The translations under genes and the position numbers were made by a program. Under the pieces are notes generated by a model. That model saw only the letters and a program-made list of their open reading frames with translations, was not told where the DNA came from and did no database searches. From the NCBI GenBank assembly GCA_028284765.1, contig JANQRA010000003.1, positions 144,500 through 208,499 of the forward strand: a stretch of 64,000 nt of DNA, given 5' to 3'. This DNA is from Acidimicrobiia bacterium (GTDB lineage Bacteria; Actinomycetota; Acidimicrobiia; Spongiisociales; ZC4RG35). Below, one piece after another: positions 58,186 to 64,000 of the stretch; positions within the stretch are counted from its first letter, which is position 1, and each line of letters begins with the position of its first letter.

Positions 58186-59262
58186 TTGAAAGCCGTAATT
58201 CTCGCCGGGGGTCAGGGCACACGACTCCGCCCGCTGACCTATTCCGTTCCGAAGCAGTTGGTTCCGATTGCCGGGCGTCCTGTGCTGGCCCATATCGTTG
58301 CCAACCTCGAAGAGTGTGGAGTCGAGGACATCGCGATCGTGACCAGTCCCGAGGCCGAGGCTGCCGTTCGGCAGATGATCTCGGACGAGGGTCTTGAGCG
58401 GCTGGGCATCGAGGTCTTGATACAGAACTCGCCTGACGGCCTTGCGGCTGCATACGAAGTGGCGCTCGATTGGGTTGCGGACGAGCCGTGTGTGCTCTAC
58501 CTGGGCGACTGTCTCCTCACAGGCGGCATAGGTCATGTGATTTCCGAACATGTCGCTGGCGATTTCGACGCAACGATACTCGTGGCCGAAGTCGACGATC
58601 CCAGCAGATACGGCATCGTCGAGGTGGCGGATTCCGGGCTGATCGAGCGACTCGTCGAGAAGCCCACGGAGCCCAAGAGCAACTTGGCGATTGTGGGCGT
58701 GTATGTGTTCGGTTCGGGGACCTCCGATATCGTCCGAGCGGTCGAGCCCGGCTTCCGCGGCGAGCGGGAGATCACGGATGCGCTTCAGGCCATTGTCGAC
58801 GGTGGCGGTCGGGTCGCTGAGAGCAGATTGGCCGGCTGGTGGATCGACACGGGAACCCCGCCGGACGTGCTCAACGCCCAGGCTCTGCTGCTCGAAGGTC
58901 TGGAGACATCTCAGGACGGCACGCTCGAAGGCAGCGATGTGACGGGCTCGGTGTTCGTTGCGGAAGGCGCATCGGTCGAAGGCGCAGTGCTCGTGGGACC
59001 CGTGGTCCTTGCGGAAGGCGCCGTTGTCAGAGGCGGGACGGTCGGCCCCAACGTCTCCGTTGGACGTGGCTGTGTTGTCGAATCGTCGACCATCCACAAC
59101 TCGATCGTCATGAGCGGCAGCATCGTGTCGACCTCCCATCTCTCGGATTCGATCGTTGGCCCTGATAGCGAGATAAGAGGGGTTCAGGGTCAGCCGGACG
59201 TTCGGCTGATCGTTGGGGCCGAGTCGGCGATTGTCTCAGGGGAATCCAGCCACTCGGGGTGA
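58186..59262 (+). CDS. Glucose-1-phosphate thymidylyltransferase, long form
   Basis: LAGGQGTRLRPLT, KQLVP, YLGD, VEKP, RGEREITDA, WIDTG, C-terminal hexapeptide repeats; TTG start. Confidence 0.9.
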   Translation: MKAVILAGGQGTRLRPLTYSVPKQLVPIAGRPVLAHIVANLEECGVEDIAIVTSPEAEAAVRQMISDEGLERLGIEVLIQNSPDGLAAAYEVALDWVADEPCVLYLGDCLLTGGIGHVISEHVAGDFDATILVAEVDDPSRYGIVEVADSGLIERLVEKPTEPKSNLAIVGVYVFGSGTSDIVRAVEPGFRGEREITDALQAIVDGGGRVAESRLAGWWIDTGTPPDVLNAQALLLEGLETSQDGTLEGSDVTGSVFVAEGASVEGAVLVGPVVLAEGAVVRGGTVGPNVSVGRGCVVESSTIHNSIVMSGSIVSTSHLSDSIVGPDSEIRGVQGQPDVRLIVGAESAIVSGESSHSG

Positions 59263-60203
59263 CGGCGCGCCCATTCGACCGTGTGTGCTACCCCGTCCTC
59301 CAACGATGTGGTGGCTCTCCACTCGAGTAAGTCGGCGGCCTTGGAAACTGCGGGCACACGTCGGTCGATGTCCTCGTACTTCTCGCCGAATTCTTCTGAG
59401 GTAGAGAAATCGTCCCACCCAATGTCCGATTCACAGGCATCTAGAACCGCTTTGGTGACATCGAGGATCGTCGATTCTCTTGAACTCCCCAGGTTGAACG
59501 TCTCTCCGATGGCTGACTCCTGAGTTCCGGCTCGGACGGTCCCCTCTACGACGTCTGTCACAAACGTGAAGCAACGAGTCTGTTGCCCACCGTCATAGAC
59601 GAGTGGCCGTTTTCCGTTCAGAACCCGGTGAACTGCCCGGGAGACTGCATAGTTAGGGACCTGTCTCGGTCCGTATGCGTTGAAGAATCTGACGACACTC
59701 ACCGGAATAGCAGCCTGCCGATAAACCGCCCACGCGAGATGCTCTCCAGCGGCCTTCGATGTGGAGTAGCTCCATCGATCAACTGAGGGAGGTCCGAGGA
59801 CTCTGTCGTCTTCCTCACCCCATGGCACGACCGGATTTCGACCGAAGACCTCGGACGTTGAGCTGAATAGGAATCTGGCTCCGGTGTCCCGGCTGGCGAG
59901 GAGGGCGTTTCTGGTACCGATGACGTTGACGTCGACGACATCGAAGGGATTGCTCATGTAGTTGGAGACGCCCACGACGGCAGCGAGGTGAAACACGACG
60001 TTGGCTCCTCGAATCGCCTCTTTCATGAAGTCGACATCTCGCACATCCCCGGCCATGAATCCGTACCCCGGCATCGAGGAGGCCTTCTTCAGCCATTGGG
60101 TCTCGACGCGGTCCAACGCCCGGACGTCAACACCATCTTCGAGCAACCTCTCGGTGAGGTGGCTTCCAACGAAGCCACCAGCACCGGTGACCACGGCCTT
60201 CAA
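59190..60203 (-). CDS. NAD-dependent epimerase/decarboxylase (NDP-glucuronate decarboxylase-like)
   Basis: VTGAGGFVGSH, HLAAVVG, STSEVFG, RWSYSTSK, NAYGPRQ, QTRCFT. Confidence 0.85.
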   Translation of the reverse strand: MKAVVTGAGGFVGSHLTERLLEDGVDVRALDRVETQWLKKASSMPGYGFMAGDVRDVDFMKEAIRGANVVFHLAAVVGVSNYMSNPFDVVDVNVIGTRNALLASRDTGARFLFSSTSEVFGRNPVVPWGEEDDRVLGPPSVDRWSYSTSKAAGEHLAWAVYRQAAIPVSVVRFFNAYGPRQVPNYAVSRAVHRVLNGKRPLVYDGGQQTRCFTFVTDVVEGTVRAGTQESAIGETFNLGSSRESTILDVTKAVLDACESDIGWDDFSTSEEFGEKYEDIDRRVPAVSKAADLLEWRATTSLEDGVAHTVEWARRHPEWLDSPETIADSAPTISRTSG

Positions 60204-61531
60204 CGACCGATCCCCCGGTATCTCAGGCCCAGCTGTTCCATCTCCTCGATCTGGGCGCGGGAGAAGTACATCCGCCCATCAACGATCAAGCATCCGGGAG
60301 CCGTGAGTTCCGCCAGCTCGGCGATTTCGAGCCTCTTGAAGTCGTCATGACCTGTCAGGAATGCCACGCAGTCGGCATCCTCGATGGCCTCGGCGAGATT
60401 GTCGCATGGCTCGACGGATGTCACGTAGCTGAACTCGCTTGGGTCGACCCACGGGTCGAACACACTGAGATGTGCCCCCGAGCCTTCGAGAAGTGCAATC
60501 AAGTCGCGAGTCGGGGTGAGCCTGACGTCTCCGGTGTTGTTCTTGAACGCGACACCCAACACTGAGACCTTCGCGGTTTCGATCGGCTTGTCGGCCTTGG
60601 CCAGGCCATCGGAGATGAGGCTGTAGGTGTAGCCAGGCATTTCGTCATTGATGGCTCTGCCGGCTGACGGGAGCCGTAAAGACAGTCCGTGCTCTTCAGC
60701 CATGTGATGCACGAACCACGGGTCTTTGGTCAGGCAGGAGCCACCCACTCCCATCGACGGTGTGAGGATGTTGACGTGGTGGCGGCCTTTGGGCAGGCTG
60801 TTGGCAGCTTCAATCACCTCCAACACGTCGACGTTGAGCTTGTCGCTGAGCTGAGCGAGTTCGTTGCCCATCGCGATACTGAGATCAATCCACCAGTTGT
60901 CCGCGAGTTTCGAGAGCTCAGCCGTTCGGGCGTCGGACACCCGTACGGTCGGAAGACCAAGCGCCTCTTCCCAAAAATCACCGGCTCGTGTGGTGCTTTC
61001 TTGGTCGACGCCACCGACGACAACCGGAAGGACCTGAAGCTCGTGAAGCGCACGGCCTTCTGCGAGACGCTCCGGGCAGAAGGCGAGAAAGAAGTCCTTG
61101 CCTGCCTGGAGTCCTGACTCCTCGAGAATCGGCTGAGCGATCCCCTCAGTCGTCCCTGGTGGAACGGTGCTTTTGAGCACCACGAGCTGACCGGGTTGGA
61201 GGTTCTGCGCGACTTGACGGCAAGCCTGGCTCACCTGGGTGGTGTCAGGCTCCCCGGCATCGTCCATCGGCGTGCCGACAGTCACGATCACAACGTCGGC
61301 TTCCTTCACCGGATCGAACGAGGACGTAGCCGTGAGGTGTCCGTCGGCCACTGCCTGCGCAACCAGATCACCCAGTCCGGGCTCGTTGATTGCAGCCGTT
61401 CCTGAGTTGATCGAGCTGACCACCTTCTCAGATGGATCGATCCCCGTGACCTGGTACTTCTTCGATGCCAGGACTGCCCCCACGCAGCTCCCTACATACC
61501 CGAATCCAACAACTGCTACCTGCGCACTCAA
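60200..61531 (-). CDS. Nucleotide-sugar dehydrogenase (UDP-glucose/GDP-mannose dehydrogenase family)
   Basis: GFGYVG, VGTP, KSTVPPGTT, PERLAEG, AELSKL, GVGGSCLTKDP, LGVAFK; start trimmed to TTG 61531. Confidence 0.9.
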   Translation of the reverse strand: MSAQVAVVGFGYVGSCVGAVLASKKYQVTGIDPSEKVVSSINSGTAAINEPGLGDLVAQAVADGHLTATSSFDPVKEADVVIVTVGTPMDDAGEPDTTQVSQACRQVAQNLQPGQLVVLKSTVPPGTTEGIAQPILEESGLQAGKDFFLAFCPERLAEGRALHELQVLPVVVGGVDQESTTRAGDFWEEALGLPTVRVSDARTAELSKLADNWWIDLSIAMGNELAQLSDKLNVDVLEVIEAANSLPKGRHHVNILTPSMGVGGSCLTKDPWFVHHMAEEHGLSLRLPSAGRAINDEMPGYTYSLISDGLAKADKPIETAKVSVLGVAFKNNTGDVRLTPTRDLIALLEGSGAHLSVFDPWVDPSEFSYVTSVEPCDNLAEAIEDADCVAFLTGHDDFKRLEIAELAELTAPGCLIVDGRMYFSRAQIEEMEQLGLRYRGIGR

Positions 61532-61638
61532 TGGCTCACCCCTTCTGCTTCGCCCTTGACCCTCCATTCTGCCACCACTGACGACAACCTCAACCTGACG
61601 CTGGACTGTCCGGCTTTTCCGCGTAGTGTTCACTCACC

Positions 61639-63195
61639 GTGATCATCACCGCTGCATCGGTTCCTGCGGGGGAGACCATCGACGCAGATGTCTGCATCAT
61701 CGGTGCCGGTCCTGCCGGGTTGTCTCTCGCCCGCAAACTGGATGGCACGCGCCATCGCGTCTACATCATCGAGACCGGCGGTGAGCACCCGGATGACTTC
61801 TCAGCTCGTATGTCCGAAGGAGATTCAGTGGGTCATCACTACTTCGACATCAAGACGTCTCGCGAGCGGGTGCTTGGCGGCAGTTCTTACATCTGGGAGG
61901 AGTGGATGCGTGCCCGTCCGCTTGATCCGATCGACTTCGAGCGGCGCTCATGGGTCGAACACTCTGGGTGGCCATTTGGCCGAGAAGAGTTGCAGCCGTT
62001 CTACAAAGAAGCTCAGGACCTCCTAGGTCTCGGTCCGTTCGACTACGAGGTCGAAGGTGCCTACGAAGGGGATGTGCGACAAGTCAGGTTTCGCTATTCG
62101 GCGACCGCTGACTTCACCACCAGTCGATCGTGGTTGGAGAAATCGTCGAACATCTGTGTGGTCCTGGGCGGAACTGCGCTACAGCTTGTCCCAAGCGACG
62201 ATCAACCAGAACGGGTTGAGTCAGTTGAGGTGGGGGCTGTCGGCGGTCACGTGTTTTCGGTTGGATCCGACGTTGTTGTGCTTGCGGGCGGAGGCATCGA
62301 GGTGCCGCGCCTGCTTCTCCTGTCGAGGAAACGGATGGCCTCGGGCTTCGGCAATCACCATGACCTGGTCGGCAGGTATTTCATGGAACACCCCAGGGTC
62401 TCTAGAGGTCGCGTCGATTGGACCGGAGGGAAATCGGCCGAGACGTTCGCGATCGTGAGGCATGCCGATCATGCAACCCGCCTGGCCTTCGCTGCGACGC
62501 CTGAGCTCATGGAACGAGAAGGCCTTCTCAACGGGATGATCCTTCTCACCCCGGCGTCCGAACGTGAGGTTTCGGAGTCGGTGCGTTCGCTGGCGATGGT
62601 CCGGGATCGCATCTTCCGTGGCAAGGAGAGTGGGGAGCGAACGCCGGGGCATGTGCGATCACTCGTCAGGAATCTGATGAAGACATGGCAGGAAACCCAT
62701 GTCGATAGTGAAACCAAAGCGGGCTTGTTACGTGTCTCCGCAACGGTGGAACAAGAGCCCAACCCTCAGTCGAGAATCACGCTGGGTGAGCAGTTGGATC
62801 CTCTCGGTCAGCCGCTCCCCGAACTCGACTGGCAGCTGGGAGCAAAAGAGAAGCGGACAATCAGAGAGATGCAGGTGGCCCTGAGTGCGTGGCTGCAAAA
62901 CCAGGGCGCAGGCGAGTTCTCAGGCTTGCTGGGTGATGAGGAGCCCGACCGTGCCCTTCGCGGTGAATGGCATCAGCTGGGAACGGCTCGTATGTCCACA
63001 TCGGAGAGGAGCGGAGTTGTCGATCCGGATCTCAGGGTCCATGGGTCGGCCAACGTTTACGTTGCCGGGGGAGCGGTGTTTCCGACGGTCGGATACGCCA
63101 ATCCGACTCTGACGATCGTTGCTTTGTCACTGCGGCTGGCCAGCCATCTCGAACCACGGTTGGCATCGCGGCCTTCCCTTGGCGCCTTTTGGTGA
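61639..63195 (+). CDS. GMC family FAD-dependent oxidoreductase
   Basis: IIGAGPAG, LGGSS..W, GRYFMEH, WHQLGTARM, ANPTLTI. Confidence 0.9.
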   Translation: MIITAASVPAGETIDADVCIIGAGPAGLSLARKLDGTRHRVYIIETGGEHPDDFSARMSEGDSVGHHYFDIKTSRERVLGGSSYIWEEWMRARPLDPIDFERRSWVEHSGWPFGREELQPFYKEAQDLLGLGPFDYEVEGAYEGDVRQVRFRYSATADFTTSRSWLEKSSNICVVLGGTALQLVPSDDQPERVESVEVGAVGGHVFSVGSDVVVLAGGGIEVPRLLLLSRKRMASGFGNHHDLVGRYFMEHPRVSRGRVDWTGGKSAETFAIVRHADHATRLAFAATPELMEREGLLNGMILLTPASEREVSESVRSLAMVRDRIFRGKESGERTPGHVRSLVRNLMKTWQETHVDSETKAGLLRVSATVEQEPNPQSRITLGEQLDPLGQPLPELDWQLGAKEKRTIREMQVALSAWLQNQGAGEFSGLLGDEEPDRALRGEWHQLGTARMSTSERSGVVDPDLRVHGSANVYVAGGAVFPTVGYANPTLTIVALSLRLASHLEPRLASRPSLGAFW

Positions 63196-63196
63196 G

Positions 63197-64000
63197 TTAG
63201 CGATTCGACAGCCGGCGCTTCAGGCGACGCAGCCCGCCGTTCAAGATCCTTCTGTCGAGAGCTGCCAGACGGTCCCCAACTGAGAGAGTGCGGGCCTCGT
63301 CGGACAGGACCTCGTCGAAGACGATCCCAGCCAATTCATCCTCACCCACCTGTTGGAGCCCCTCGTGGATCTGGGGGTAGACCGATGGAATGGATGGGCT
63401 GCGAGCGAGGGAGTTGCGCACGAGCGAGGGGTCGAGTGACGGGTTGACGAAGATCGGCATCGCTTCGAGTCGGTCCAGGGCCCGCAAGGTGAGTTTGGTG
63501 CGGATGCATTTCTCGCACTCGCCACAATTGAATTCCCCCTCTGCCAAACGGTTCGCAACAAAACAGATCTTGATTCTCTCGTGAGCCGGCTCCCAGTCGG
63601 CAAGCCGTGAGGTCTTCTCGTAGCGCGAGACACCATCCATTTGGTGCTTGACCTCCACGGCGCCGCTCGAATAGTTGGGATCTAGAAATGGGTGTGAGCC
63701 CTCGTGAACGGTCTCCGGATTTGATTCCACGCCCGAGGCGATCGACAGGGTCTTGACGCCTTTGCCCAAGGCATGCCCGGTGCTGGCGATGAGTGCCCCG
63801 TATAGCTCGTGGCCGAAGAAGTGGTTGGCAGGCTCAAGTTCTCTCACGTTGGTGGCGATCGGAACCAACTCGAGGTCGGTGTCACGCGCGAGATTCTCGA
63901 GTTGGCCCCAGTACGGGTCGCCTGGGCCGAACTCAAACGGATCGAAGCCTTTGGAGATGACAACGCCCAAGTCGAACCATGCCGCATCGTCTTCGCTGGA
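63197..64000 (-). CDS. Hypothetical protein with CGxCEKC motif (partial; 5' end outside the window)
   Basis: Frame is open to the window edge; GSHPFLD, R.EK, IC...NCGECEKCIRT. Confidence 0.7.
   Translation of the reverse strand, partial: SSEDDAAWFDLGVVISKGFDPFEFGPGDPYWGQLENLARDTDLELVPIATNVRELEPANHFFGHELYGALIASTGHALGKGVKTLSIASGVESNPETVHEGSHPFLDPNYSSGAVEVKHQMDGVSRYEKTSRLADWEPAHERIKICFVANRLAEGEFNCGECEKCIRTKLTLRALDRLEAMPIFVNPSLDPSLVRNSLARSPSIPSVYPQIHEGLQQVGEDELAGIVFDEVLSDEARTLSVGDRLAALDRRILNGGLRRLKRRLSNR

Overview
A GC-rich bacterial chromosome segment, most likely from an Acidimicrobiia-type actinobacterium. This is inferred from EF-Tu signatures, Cys-containing SLH-like repeats and gene order, not from a database search. 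Bases 1-15.6 kb hold the str/S10/spc superoperon (3' end of rpsG, fusA, tuf, rpsJ through rplO, secY, adk, map). Bases 15.6-21.3 kb are an accessory block where infA normally sits: NIPSNAP, LtrA, SRPBCC/TetR, and an ECF sigma/anti-sigma pair driving a divergent cytochrome c operon. Bases 21.3-24.2 kb are the alpha operon (rpmJ-rpsM-rpsK-rpsD-rpoA-rplQ). Bases 24.2-36.7 kb hold a large beta-helix/SLH surface protein, coaA, a LipJ-like cyclase, truA, rplM-rpsI-glmM, a glmS ribozyme and glmS. Bases 36.7-64 kb are a 21-gene Wzx/Wzy-type surface polysaccharide locus with heavily scrambled orientation. The top leads are: (1) a Wzc-like pseudokinase whose ~250-aa C-terminal extension resembles the C-terminal region of BREX PglX methyltransferases; (2) a mirror-symmetric back-to-back ECF promoter defining a compact cytochrome c regulon; (3) the glmS ribozyme; (4) a vicinal-Cys ladder and opposite compositional skews in the surface protein. 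No tRNA, rRNA, CRISPR array or transposase was seen. All family assignments come from motif recognition by eye.
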